From Patescibacteria group bacterium (GTDB lineage: Bacteria > Patescibacteriota > Microgenomatia > UBA10105 > UBA927): DNA of 64,000 nucleotides. Positions 9,856-19,468 of the stretch are shown piece after piece. The stretch spans positions 83,581 through 147,580 of the forward strand of contig JBMOPU010000012.1 in assembly GCA_049322955.1 (NCBI GenBank). Reading direction: 5' to 3'. Under the pieces are notes generated by a model. That model was not told where the DNA came from, did no database searches, and saw only the letters and a list, made by a program, of their open reading frames with translations. A program made the position numbers and the translations under genes. Each line of letters opens with the position of its first letter. Positions within the stretch are counted from its first letter, which is position 1.

Positions 9856-11124
9856 ATGCTTTTGTCGCACGAGGAAAATACTTCCCGTAGCTTCTATCAC
9901 CCAACCCGCCGATATCGCATACGCAAGGTGCGCGCCATTAATAGTATTCTGGAAAAGCAGAAATATAATGATCGTGATAGCCCTGAGTATCGTCAGCAAA
10001 AAATTCTGTCGGGTGTAACCGGCCATATCAAGAAGTTGCCTGTTTGGCCATACCAATAACGCATACACGGTATAGGCAATCAGGAGAATGCTCAATATCG
10101 ATTCCGCCTGCTGATACGATTGTCCAAAAAGCAAAATGATAAGTGGTGAACGGATACTAAAGAGGATGAGAGCGGGAACAAAAACTGCCGGTGCCAACCA
10201 GCCAAGGAGCTTCATATAGACGGGTGCAACCGCACGATTTTGCGCATGGCGCTCGCTGGCTATCGGAAGGAAGATGGCAAAAACCATCTGGGGGATAATA
10301 TGCAATAACGTCGCGATAGAAATCGCCGCTCCGTATAATCCGACCTCCTGAGCTCCCGCATGTGCCTGAAGCAATGAAAGTGCCAAAATGCCCGTTGCGG
10401 CGGTAATAATTTCGGAGGCGCCGACGGGAATCGCATACGGTAAAAGACCGGGCGCAAGTTGCGGCATATACCTTGTTTGCGGGAGTGTTTTTGCCATGAG
10501 AACGATATTCGTCACCGCACCCAAACCCGTCCCTACCGCATATCCTATTAAGGCGCCCGTAATGGCATGATCGAAGATTGCCATGCCGGCAATCGTCCCG
10601 ACGAATCGCAATACGATCTCAGAAGCTTCCGCGGCGTAGGCTAAACGAACCTTCAGTAATCCGAAAAAAGCGGCCCGCACAACGAGCGTAACCCCCGCTC
10701 CGATGATTGCCGACGAGAGGACGCGAAAATAACGGGCGGCATGGGGTGCTTGGATCGCATCGGCGAAAGGTGAGGAAAAAATAAAAAGCGCTATCCCTGC
10801 GGCCAACGACGTCACTGTCACCAGTGTCATCCCCGACGTGATTGCGGACGGTATTTTGTTGTCCTGATTATTCCCGCGGAAATAGGAGACAAATCTGGTT
10901 ATACTCATCGGGATGCCGAACGCGGCAAGGGTAACGAGTCCGGTCAGCGTGGAGGTGGCAAAATAAAAATCACCAAAACCTTCTAAGCCAATTCGTGCGA
11001 CATAGATTTTAAGAATAAAGCTCAGGAGTTTGGATATCCCGATGAGGAGCGAACCGAAGAGAATGCTCGAGATAAATGATAGTTCGAGCGTACCGAAAGA
11101 GAAAGCGAATCGATTTTTATCCAT
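9841..11124 (-). CDS. Wzx/MOP-family polysaccharide flippase
   Basis: About 12 TM; GLEGFGDF, EVGLYGAA, LLFGQSY. Confidence 0.8.
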   Translation of the reverse strand: MDKNRFAFSFGTLELSFISSILFGSLLIGISKLLSFILKIYVARIGLEGFGDFYFATSTLTGLVTLAAFGIPMSITRFVSYFRGNNQDNKIPSAITSGMTLVTVTSLAAGIALFIFSSPFADAIQAPHAARYFRVLSSAIIGAGVTLVVRAAFFGLLKVRLAYAAEASEIVLRFVGTIAGMAIFDHAITGALIGYAVGTGLGAVTNIVLMAKTLPQTRYMPQLAPGLLPYAIPVGASEIITAATGILALSLLQAHAGAQEVGLYGAAISIATLLHIIPQMVFAIFLPIASERHAQNRAVAPVYMKLLGWLAPAVFVPALILFSIRSPLIILLFGQSYQQAESILSILLIAYTVYALLVWPNRQLLDMAGYTRQNFLLTILRAITIIIFLLFQNTINGAHLAYAISAGWVIEATGSIFLVRQKHLLSR

Positions 11125-11145
11125 GAGCGTATGAACTCTGCAAGG

Positions 11146-12159
11146 TTAGGCAGGGAGAATCACCCCAAAGTTCGGTTTATCGGGTATGGGAAAATGAATA
11201 CGCCCTTTGTCTTTGAGCGCTTCGAGTGCCACGCGGAATATTTTCTTTCTCATCATGGATTTTGCGGTGCACACCATCCAACACGCATCGCAGGAGGCGA
11301 CGCGTTTTGCGTATGTTTGGTTTGCGAGTATTTTTTCCATTGACTCCGTTTTGATATTTCCCATTTTCCACGGCTTGAGATGACACGTGTACACGTTGCC
11401 GAGTGAATCCATATAGAAAAAACCGGTTCCCGCATCGCAGACCAGCGCCCGCTTCCCCGTCTGGACAAACGAGATGAGCCGCTTGATAAACCACCCGCGC
11501 ATAAGTTCTTTCGGGGACATTCGCGCAAGATGTTTCCGTGCGGTTTCCTCAAGCCTCATTTCAAGCCGTTCAGGATTTTTCGGCCGGAGATTTTCCTTTC
11601 CCGAACCGAAGTATATAACCGAGTTCGTCGCTACCGTCATGGAAAACTCCACTCCTAAATCATCGGCAAGCTTTTGTACTTTCGGGAGTTCGTCGACATT
11701 TTGGTCGATAAGCGTGAATGCAATTCCCAAATCCCTGGTGCCCAGCTCCTTGGCAATTTTCAGGGATTCCATTATTTTTTTATATCCGCCGGGAATCCGC
11801 CGTATTGCATCATGCGCATCTCCGATACCGTCAATGGAAACACGAAAAGCAAAATTCGGATCAATTTCCAGAATCTTAGGAAGGTGTTTTTTTACCATAT
11901 GCGGCATGAACCCATTGGAATTCATGATAAATCGCGCGTTTGGAGCTGCAGATTTCATATTGCGGACAATTTCGACAATATCTTGCCGTAAGAACGGTTC
12001 ACCCCCGGTAATATTGATGTCTTTGAGGCTTGAAGGTAACTTTTTGTAAAACTCCGGAGGAAGTTCGTTGGGAATTTTATTTTTCCAAATATCACACATG
12101 ATGCACCGTGAGTTGCAGTTTAACGTGATGGCGATAATTGCGGATGTTGGTGAAACCAT
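11146..12159 (-). CDS. Radical SAM enzyme with SPASM/Twitch domain
   Basis: CNSRCIMC (CX3CX2C), TGGEPFL, SIDG, C-terminal CDAG...GNVYTC...CDACWMVC. Confidence 0.9.
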   Translation of the reverse strand: MVSPTSAIIAITLNCNSRCIMCDIWKNKIPNELPPEFYKKLPSSLKDINITGGEPFLRQDIVEIVRNMKSAAPNARFIMNSNGFMPHMVKKHLPKILEIDPNFAFRVSIDGIGDAHDAIRRIPGGYKKIMESLKIAKELGTRDLGIAFTLIDQNVDELPKVQKLADDLGVEFSMTVATNSVIYFGSGKENLRPKNPERLEMRLEETARKHLARMSPKELMRGWFIKRLISFVQTGKRALVCDAGTGFFYMDSLGNVYTCHLKPWKMGNIKTESMEKILANQTYAKRVASCDACWMVCTAKSMMRKKIFRVALEALKDKGRIHFPIPDKPNFGVILPA

Positions 12160-12178
12160 AGCAAGCGAGACTATTGTA

Positions 12179-13369
12179 TCAGAAGTTATTTGGAAAATGT
12201 TTTGTCAGAATATCCCTGATCGTGCGCATTTTTTCCTCAAGGGTATTGCGAATCGCAATATCTTTTTGCTTTTTTATTTCCGCCTCTTTCGGTTTATGAG
12301 ACAACAGTTTCCGTAGCGCATCGGCGGCATGATCTTGGTTGCGGTAAATTGAAACCAAAGGCTCAAGCAGAAGTACCTCGGGAATCGGCGCAGACAACAG
12401 CGGTTTCCCCATATAGAGAAATTCCTGTATTTTCATGGGGTATGAAAAACGCACAAACTCATCGTCGGTATCATACGGGATGATGCCGGCATCCGAATGG
12501 CGGATGTATCGGTATATATCCTCCCTCCTCTTTGCTCCGAGAAAAAAAACATTTGGAAATTTTTTGAGCGTCGCAATATGTGAGAAAAGATCCTGGGACC
12601 GCATCGGGCGGTACTGAGGGTCAACCGCACCGACAAATACAAATGATATCCGGGACAAGGAGGTCAACATCTTCGTAATAACACGAAAATCCAAACGCAT
12701 ATTGATGTTTCCCAAAAATAACACCCGGGGATGAGGAACACCGCGAAGGTCGGTCGGCTCTGATATGCGCGTCAATTTCGGCCGAATAAACATTCCTTCG
12801 GGAGTTTGGAATACCCGCGGGTGCCGGGGGAAAAGCCGGGTAAATAAGGTGCGAGAGTTTGCAAAAACAACATGTGCACCGCTGAGTACGGCATCTTCAA
12901 CATGGGGAAAACCCGACGGATGATTGATGCGGAGCGGTCCGTCAACGCAGTCATATATTTTAAAGAATTGGTTGCCAAACCACCTCGGTAACACGGCATA
13001 TTGGAGCGAAAACATCCACAACACGCTCCCCTTATGTGTTCTTGGTAAAAAAAATCGCAGAATCAGCAGTAAAAGCTTCGTGCAAATCCAATGATTCACC
13101 GAAGCTATGTTGGAAAAACGATGAAACGGAATTATATAAAGCGGGGTATATATATATTCCGTTCCTTTTCGGGAGAGTATGGGTTCGGGGTGACGTAGCC
13201 AACGAAACAGAGTCTTTCCCTCATATACCCGATACAGGACGACCGTGTTATCCCGTGCGAGATAATATGCGGTAGTCCGCTCATAGTCGGCGCTCGAAGA
13301 AAGCGGTAAAGCGAGAGGAATCACGACGCACTGTCCGCTAAATGGTGTAACCCGCGATGTACTTCTCAT
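12179..13369 (-). CDS. GT-B glycosyltransferase (TuaH-like GT4 relative)
   Basis: IYDCVD, FLGNINMRLD, YPMKIQEFLYMGKP. Confidence 0.8.
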   Translation of the reverse strand: MRSTSRVTPFSGQCVVIPLALPLSSSADYERTTAYYLARDNTVVLYRVYEGKTLFRWLRHPEPILSRKGTEYIYTPLYIIPFHRFSNIASVNHWICTKLLLLILRFFLPRTHKGSVLWMFSLQYAVLPRWFGNQFFKIYDCVDGPLRINHPSGFPHVEDAVLSGAHVVFANSRTLFTRLFPRHPRVFQTPEGMFIRPKLTRISEPTDLRGVPHPRVLFLGNINMRLDFRVITKMLTSLSRISFVFVGAVDPQYRPMRSQDLFSHIATLKKFPNVFFLGAKRREDIYRYIRHSDAGIIPYDTDDEFVRFSYPMKIQEFLYMGKPLLSAPIPEVLLLEPLVSIYRNQDHAADALRKLLSHKPKEAEIKKQKDIAIRNTLEEKMRTIRDILTKHFPNNF

Positions 13370-13446
13370 GAATGGATAGGTGCGGCAGTGAACAATCCGC
13401 TTTGTCCGAAGCTTTACTCGTTTGCACTTTATTATAGTATAGAAAT

Positions 13447-14715
13447 ATGCGGAAAATACACGCAACATACCGGCGCATCACCCAGGGCGTTTTCCTGAGG
13501 TTTTTTCTCCTGATACTTATCCTCTCGGCTCTTTTTGTCAATCTTGCAGTGAAGGTCAAAAGCGTTCCGTATGAGCTTGATGAGATCATGTACTTTAACG
13601 ATACGGAAGTGCTGGATGCATTTATCCGATTTGATTTTGTATCCCCCGTCTGGGACGAGCCCGCGGCTTTTATCCAACCGCCGATGTCAAAATACATATA
13701 TGGCATGTATCTTCATCTCCGTCACAACGACGTAGGGCAAGTTCGTGATGAAATCTTACAAAATAATAACCGATACTTTCTTGACCAAATTGACGTAGAA
13801 ACTATCTCCGGATCATCTTTGGAGCCGTATTTAATTTCAATGCGTCATGTCGCGTTATTCTTCGCATTTATCACACTGATCCTTTTTGGGTACATCATCT
13901 ATATGATCGTGCCGGACATACGGGTGACGATACTTCTGCTTCTGATCATCGTACAAAGCAGGCTGTTTTACACAACTATGCTCGTTGCAAAGCCCGATCC
14001 GATTTATCTGGCATTTTTACTTGCGGGCATCATTCTGTTTGAGCGGGGAATTGCACGAAAATCAATGCCCGCTCTTATGGGGTCGGCAATCTTAGGAGGG
14101 ATCAGTACGTCAACCATACTTACCGGAGCGCTCTTTTTTATGCTGATCCCGCCGCTTTTGATTGTTCATGGATTATTTGATCGCACGGCAAAGCTTCGGT
14201 TTTCCCTCGGCGCTTGTATACTCATGCTATATGCGGGGATGTGGACATGGTATATCGTGAATCCGTCTTTGTATAGAAACCCCGTCGCCAACACGGTAAA
14301 AAACATATCAATACGGCAGGAAGTGCTCTATTACCAACGGAAAATTCCGTTGAATCAGCCCGCAAAGATCGTTTCCTGGCACGATATGGGGGCATCGCTC
14401 TCCTGCGTATTTATCCGCCACAAGGAATCAGCTTGTGAAAACGGCGCTATTTCCCCCTGGCCGATTATAAACATAGCCCTGTTGCTCCTGGGAATGTACC
14501 ACATATTACGCAGAGTGCTCATCGATAGCGATCAGAAAGCGGCAACGGTGTTAACAAGCGCGCTGTTTATCATCAGTGTAGTGTGCGGATTTCTTCCGTT
14601 TAACTGGGCACGGTATTACCTTCCGGTATTTTTTATCTATTCGCTTATCAACGCATACGGCCTATGGTATCTATTACGATTTCTCCCCGGCTACCGGCCG
14701 CTTCGTGTCATATAA
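13447..14715 (+). CDS. GT-C (ArnT/PMT-like) membrane glycosyltransferase
   Basis: LDE after TM1, QPPMSKYIYG, WARYYLP, many TM segments. Confidence 0.7.
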   Translation: MRKIHATYRRITQGVFLRFFLLILILSALFVNLAVKVKSVPYELDEIMYFNDTEVLDAFIRFDFVSPVWDEPAAFIQPPMSKYIYGMYLHLRHNDVGQVRDEILQNNNRYFLDQIDVETISGSSLEPYLISMRHVALFFAFITLILFGYIIYMIVPDIRVTILLLLIIVQSRLFYTTMLVAKPDPIYLAFLLAGIILFERGIARKSMPALMGSAILGGISTSTILTGALFFMLIPPLLIVHGLFDRTAKLRFSLGACILMLYAGMWTWYIVNPSLYRNPVANTVKNISIRQEVLYYQRKIPLNQPAKIVSWHDMGASLSCVFIRHKESACENGAISPWPIINIALLLLGMYHILRRVLIDSDQKAATVLTSALFIISVVCGFLPFNWARYYLPVFFIYSLINAYGLWYLLRFLPGYRPLRVI

Positions 14716-14755
14716 CCTAAAGGATGATAGAATACTTCCGTTTCCTCACAAGCGT

Positions 14756-15487
14756 ATGCACATCGGCATTATCGGCGGTACCGGTTTTGAAAATCATCAA
14801 TGGCTCGTCGGGAAGAAAACGAAAATTCAGAAGACGAAGGCCGGATTTCCTTCCTCTCCTCTTCTGACTGGAGTTATTCACGGACATCAGGTCGCCGTTA
14901 TATCACGCCACGGAAAAAATCATCAATATGCCCCCACACATGTTCCGTACGCCGCTAACATTCTCGCACTAAAATCATTAGGATGTACGCATATTCTTGC
15001 CACCACCGCGTGCGGGTCGCTTCGGAGGGCGATGAAACCAGGTGATATCGTTTTTGTTGATCAGATGATCGACATGACAAAACACCGGGATGACACCTTG
15101 TTTCATAGCCGGCCGACGCATACTGCTATGGCGGAACCCTTTGATGAAAAACTTCGGGCTATTTTGGTTCGAGCCGCCCGCTTACGTGGTATGCATTTTC
15201 ATTCAAGCGGCACGATTGTCACCATCGAAGGGCCCAGATTCTCTACCCGGGCAGAGTCCCGAATGTTCCGGATGCTCGGTGCCGACGTGATTAATATGAC
15301 CACGGCAACCGAGGCGGTTCTCGCAAGGGAAGCGGGACTCTCCTACCAGGCTATTGCTATGGTGACCGATTATGATTCTTGGGACAAACGAATTTCTCCC
15401 GTCACGGAAGAGGTTGTCTTTGATAGGATGAAGAAATCGACGCAGGCAATACAGGAGTTACTGCATTTGGCGATATCTCATATATAA
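14756..15487 (+). CDS. mtnP: 5'-methylthioadenosine phosphorylase (MTAP family)
   Basis: IGIIGGTG, RHGKNH, TACGSL, IEGPRFSTRAES, INMT, VTDYDSW. Confidence 0.9.
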   Translation: MHIGIIGGTGFENHQWLVGKKTKIQKTKAGFPSSPLLTGVIHGHQVAVISRHGKNHQYAPTHVPYAANILALKSLGCTHILATTACGSLRRAMKPGDIVFVDQMIDMTKHRDDTLFHSRPTHTAMAEPFDEKLRAILVRAARLRGMHFHSSGTIVTIEGPRFSTRAESRMFRMLGADVINMTTATEAVLAREAGLSYQAIAMVTDYDSWDKRISPVTEEVVFDRMKKSTQAIQELLHLAISHI

Positions 15488-15495
15488 TACCCTTG

Positions 15496-16239
15496 ATGAA
15501 ACGCACGTTTATCCATCAGGGTATGAGCGACTTAGGAGTACGCGACAGGCTAAGGATCTTGTTCCGTCACTATATCCTCCACCCGCTCTTCGGAGATATG
15601 TTCACGAATACGGAACTTATTCATGAACTTATCGAGTATTACGATGGGTATCAGTTGCAAAACGCAAATTCGAAAAAAGGGATACTGGGATTTGGGTTGA
15701 TTCATTACGCCCTGATAACGAATTTGCGTCCCCGTCGCTTGCTGTGTATCGGTTCGAAGAAGGGATTTGTTCCCGCAATCTGTGCCCTCGCCTGTAAGCA
15801 TAATGGGTTTGGGAAAGTGGATTTTGTCGATGCGGGTTATGGGGAGTCGGACGCAACAAATCAATGGGGAGGGGTGAGTCTTTGGCGTCGGATTAATCCG
15901 CGAAGCCATTTTTCGTTTTTGGGACTCGACGCGTTTATTCAACCGTTTATCATGACCACGAAGGAATTTATCAAACGAGAAAAGCATCGTTACCAGTATA
16001 TCCATGTTGACGGTGACCACTCATATGAAGGAGTAAAAAATGACGTGCTGGGGGTGTGGCCGCGTTTATCTAAAAACGGGTATTTGGTTCTTCATGATGT
16101 CACTGTTCGCCATATGAATAATCAGCCCGACTATGGCGTATGGAGACTATGGAATGAAATAAGCGGGGCAAATAAAATTTTAGTCGACCAATCGGCAGGA
16201 TTAGGAATTATCCAGAAGAAATCAAACAGATTGTTTTAA
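15496..16239 (+). CDS. Class I SAM-dependent methyltransferase (Methyltransf_24-like)
   Basis: CIGSKKG, IHVDGDHSYEGVKND, LVLHD, YGVWRLW. Confidence 0.8.
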   Translation: MKRTFIHQGMSDLGVRDRLRILFRHYILHPLFGDMFTNTELIHELIEYYDGYQLQNANSKKGILGFGLIHYALITNLRPRRLLCIGSKKGFVPAICALACKHNGFGKVDFVDAGYGESDATNQWGGVSLWRRINPRSHFSFLGLDAFIQPFIMTTKEFIKREKHRYQYIHVDGDHSYEGVKNDVLGVWPRLSKNGYLVLHDVTVRHMNNQPDYGVWRLWNEISGANKILVDQSAGLGIIQKKSNRLF

Positions 16240-16243
16240 AAAT

Positions 16244-17272
16244 ATGAAACTACTCGTTACGGGAGGATGCGGTTTTGCCGGATCACATATCTGCGAATAT
16301 TTTAGGAAAGAAGGTGCAACCGTTGTGTCGTACGACAATCTGACGACCCATGAGCTTATGCGAACCGGTTACAAAGCCACAAGCGCCAGGCAGTACAACG
16401 AATCACTGCTTCGGTCGATAGGGGTGAAGATGGTGAAGGGAGACATTCGCGATTTATCCGCGCTGGCTTCTCATGCAAAAAGCGCGGACTATATTATCCA
16501 TACGGCGGCTCAACCCGCCGTGACCATATCCCTAGAGGATCCGGTGTTGGACTTTACCACCAACGCGGTGGGCACGTTCAACGTGCTTGAATGCGCGCGA
16601 AAATACAAAATACCGACCGTTTCCTGTGCGACCATTCACGTCTATGGCAATGAGCTCAACCAAATGCTTACGGAAGAAAAAACACGGTATGCGTATGCCA
16701 AAAAAACAATTGCGGAATCCTTCCCGATTGGGAACGGAGTGCTCACCCCGCTTCATGCATCAAAAATCGCGGGTGATACCCTGGTGAAGGCATATGCGGA
16801 CTCTTTTCGTCTGCCGGTAGCCTCGTTTCGCCTCACCGGCCTTTACGGCACACGGCAGTTCGGTGGTGAAGATCACGGATGGGTAGCAAATTTTGTCATT
16901 CGTGCCCTGACACAACGGCAAATTACGGTCTACGGAAACGGAAAACAGGTGCGCGATATTTTATACGTCACCGATTTGGTAAAAGCATTTGAGCGATTTT
17001 ATCGCTACCAAAAAGCAGGCATTTACAATATCGGGGGAGGTCTTCCCACCAAAATTTCACTCATCGAGACGCTATCGCTTATAGAAAAACTGGTAAAAAC
17101 TCCGCTGAACGTATCATATCAGCCGGGAAGGGTCGGAGATCTCCGATACTTTGTTTGTGACATAGCGCGTGCCAAAAGACATCTTCATTGGAGGCCTCTG
17201 GTCTCCCCCAAAACGGGTATCACCCATATGATACGGTGGGTGAAAAAAAACATGGAGCTTTTTACCGAATGA
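16244..17272 (+). CDS. NAD-dependent sugar epimerase/dehydratase, CDP-paratose 2-epimerase-like
   Basis: TGGCGFAG, HTAAQPAV, YGTRQFGGEDHGWVA, GNGKQVRDILY. Confidence 0.85.
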   Translation: MKLLVTGGCGFAGSHICEYFRKEGATVVSYDNLTTHELMRTGYKATSARQYNESLLRSIGVKMVKGDIRDLSALASHAKSADYIIHTAAQPAVTISLEDPVLDFTTNAVGTFNVLECARKYKIPTVSCATIHVYGNELNQMLTEEKTRYAYAKKTIAESFPIGNGVLTPLHASKIAGDTLVKAYADSFRLPVASFRLTGLYGTRQFGGEDHGWVANFVIRALTQRQITVYGNGKQVRDILYVTDLVKAFERFYRYQKAGIYNIGGGLPTKISLIETLSLIEKLVKTPLNVSYQPGRVGDLRYFVCDIARAKRHLHWRPLVSPKTGITHMIRWVKKNMELFTE

Positions 17273-18018
17273 CAAAGAACACACTTACCATCGGAGTTAT
17301 TCCGGCGGCCGGTGCCGGAACACGGTTAGGGTATCTCAGCACGGTACTGCCGAAAGCGCTTTTCCCGTTGTATGACCGGCCGATCCTTCATTATGTCATT
17401 AACCAGATGCAATCCCTCGGTATTGAAGATATTTACATCGTCATTCACGTGTATGGGGATAAAATTATGGAATATTGTCGAAACATACAGGGAAGCCTGA
17501 AGGCAAGAATCCATTTTGTTCATCAGCCGAAACTCTTGGGAACAGCAGATGCGATTCTCCGAACGGAGCAATATATAGGCAAGAATCCCTTTCTTGTCAT
17601 GTATGGCGACGATTGTACCGTTTCCGATTCCCTCCCCGAGCTTCTTTCTTTTTTCCAATCATCCGACGGGGTCGTAACGGAGGCCGTCATACGTGAAAAA
17701 CGAACGACAATTCTTCAACAAACATGTTCCGTCAAATTATTGCGAAATCATAAAATTGCGGAAATTTTAGAAAAACCGAAACGGCCGCCGTATCCGATGC
17801 GCGGGTGTGGCGTCTATGCTTTTCGATCTGAAATATTTCGCCATATTCGTCAAACGCCCTTGCATGCTCAGCGAAAGGAGCGCGAGATAACATACACCAT
17901 TAATCAATTGGCACAACAAGGCAAGGCATACGGGTATCCTATACGCGGGCATAATATAAATATTAATAACTATGACGAGCTCATCCGCGCAAGTTTTTTG
18001 GTGAAGCGGACGCGGTAG
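17269..18018 (+). CDS. Sugar-1-phosphate nucleotidyltransferase (RmlA/GalU-like)
   Basis: IPAAGAGTRL, PKAL, LGTADAI, YGDD, EKP, EREIT. Confidence 0.88.
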   Translation: MTKNTLTIGVIPAAGAGTRLGYLSTVLPKALFPLYDRPILHYVINQMQSLGIEDIYIVIHVYGDKIMEYCRNIQGSLKARIHFVHQPKLLGTADAILRTEQYIGKNPFLVMYGDDCTVSDSLPELLSFFQSSDGVVTEAVIREKRTTILQQTCSVKLLRNHKIAEILEKPKRPPYPMRGCGVYAFRSEIFRHIRQTPLHAQRKEREITYTINQLAQQGKAYGYPIRGHNININNYDELIRASFLVKRTR

Positions 18019-18067
18019 TATATAATTTTCTATTCCTCATTGCGTAAAGGAGAAAACGGGTATTTTT

Positions 18068-19468
18068 ATGAAATCTAATTTCATTGTCATCGGCGCGGGT
18101 CCTGCCGGACTTGCCTGCGGATATGAGTTGACGCGTCTTATACCGGGGAACCGACAAAACATCATCGTGTTAGAAAAAAACGCATTGCCCGGCGGTCTGG
18201 CCCGCTCCAGTACATTTCGGGGGCGCGTGTATGATATCGGACCGCACCGATTCTATACAAAAAATATGGAAGTGCTTCGTTTGTGGAAAAAACTGCTCGG
18301 GCGGGATTTTCGAAGGGTAAAGCGACACACCCGCATTTTTTATAAGGGGAAGTATTTCCATTACCCGCTGGATATGCTGGACGTCATTATCAATATAGGA
18401 GTTATTGAGTCATTGAAGTGTCTGATAAGTTATGCGGGAGCGCAGATTGCTTATAGGGGCAAGGAATCAAAAACCTTTGAAGATTGGGTGATCGCCCATT
18501 TCGGGAAAAGGCTTTATGAAATGTTTTTTCAAAGTTATACGGAAAAGGTATGGGGAATACCGTGCAAAGAAATTGCGGCAAAGTGGGCAAGCCAACGGAT
18601 AAAAAATCTGGATTTTAAGGAGCTCCTATTAACCGCATTGCATATACGGACAACGCCCAACGCCAAGAGTTTGGTGAAAGAATTTTATTACCCCAAAAAA
18701 GGGGCGGGACAGATGTATCGGAAGATAGCCGAGGTAATACGCCGGAAGAACGGAAAAGTAGCGTTACGATCTTCGGTTACACGAATGCGGGTGAAAGGCG
18801 ATGTGATCGCGTCCGTGACGTATACGAAGGCGGGCAAAGAATATACGTTACCGGCAACGGAAGTGTTTTCAAGTATGCCAATTACCTCCTGTATTGAGGC
18901 CTTGGAACCCCCTCCTCCCAAAAAGGTTTTGCTCGCTTCCCGATCATTACGCTACCGGGATCATATAACGGTAAATCTTTTGGTGAAGGGAAACAATATC
19001 TTCCCGGATCAATGGATTTATATTCATGACAAACAGGTAAAAGCGGCAAGAATCGCCAATTACAATAACTTCTCCGATCGGCAATCCTCATTGAGGCAAA
19101 GCGCGTTATCCGTCGAATATTTTGTTTTCCGTACCGATTCATTATGGCGGGCAAAAGATGAAGCTCTTATCGCTTTTGCAACGGAGGAATTGCAACGAAT
19201 TGGATTACTCCGGCACGGAGCGGTTATTGATGGCTTTGTGGTAAGGGAGGCGGATTCTTATCCGATGTATTTTGTCGGGTACGAATCACATTTTGCTACC
19301 GTTTCACGGTATCTTTCATCGATACGAAACCTTCACCTTATCGGCCGTGGCGGCATGTATAAATATAATAATATGGATCACTCAATGATCGACGGATTGA
19401 TTTCCGCAAGGAATATGGTGCATTCGGGCACGATGAAACAAAAGGAAACCCATGATTATCTTGAATAA
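18068..19468 (+). CDS. FAD-dependent oxidoreductase, UDP-galactopyranose mutase-like
   Basis: IGAGPAGL, GGLARS, DIGPHRF, YTEKVWG, GRGGMYKYNNMDHS. Confidence 0.8.
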   Translation: MKSNFIVIGAGPAGLACGYELTRLIPGNRQNIIVLEKNALPGGLARSSTFRGRVYDIGPHRFYTKNMEVLRLWKKLLGRDFRRVKRHTRIFYKGKYFHYPLDMLDVIINIGVIESLKCLISYAGAQIAYRGKESKTFEDWVIAHFGKRLYEMFFQSYTEKVWGIPCKEIAAKWASQRIKNLDFKELLLTALHIRTTPNAKSLVKEFYYPKKGAGQMYRKIAEVIRRKNGKVALRSSVTRMRVKGDVIASVTYTKAGKEYTLPATEVFSSMPITSCIEALEPPPPKKVLLASRSLRYRDHITVNLLVKGNNIFPDQWIYIHDKQVKAARIANYNNFSDRQSSLRQSALSVEYFVFRTDSLWRAKDEALIAFATEELQRIGLLRHGAVIDGFVVREADSYPMYFVGYESHFATVSRYLSSIRNLHLIGRGGMYKYNNMDHSMIDGLISARNMVHSGTMKQKETHDYLE

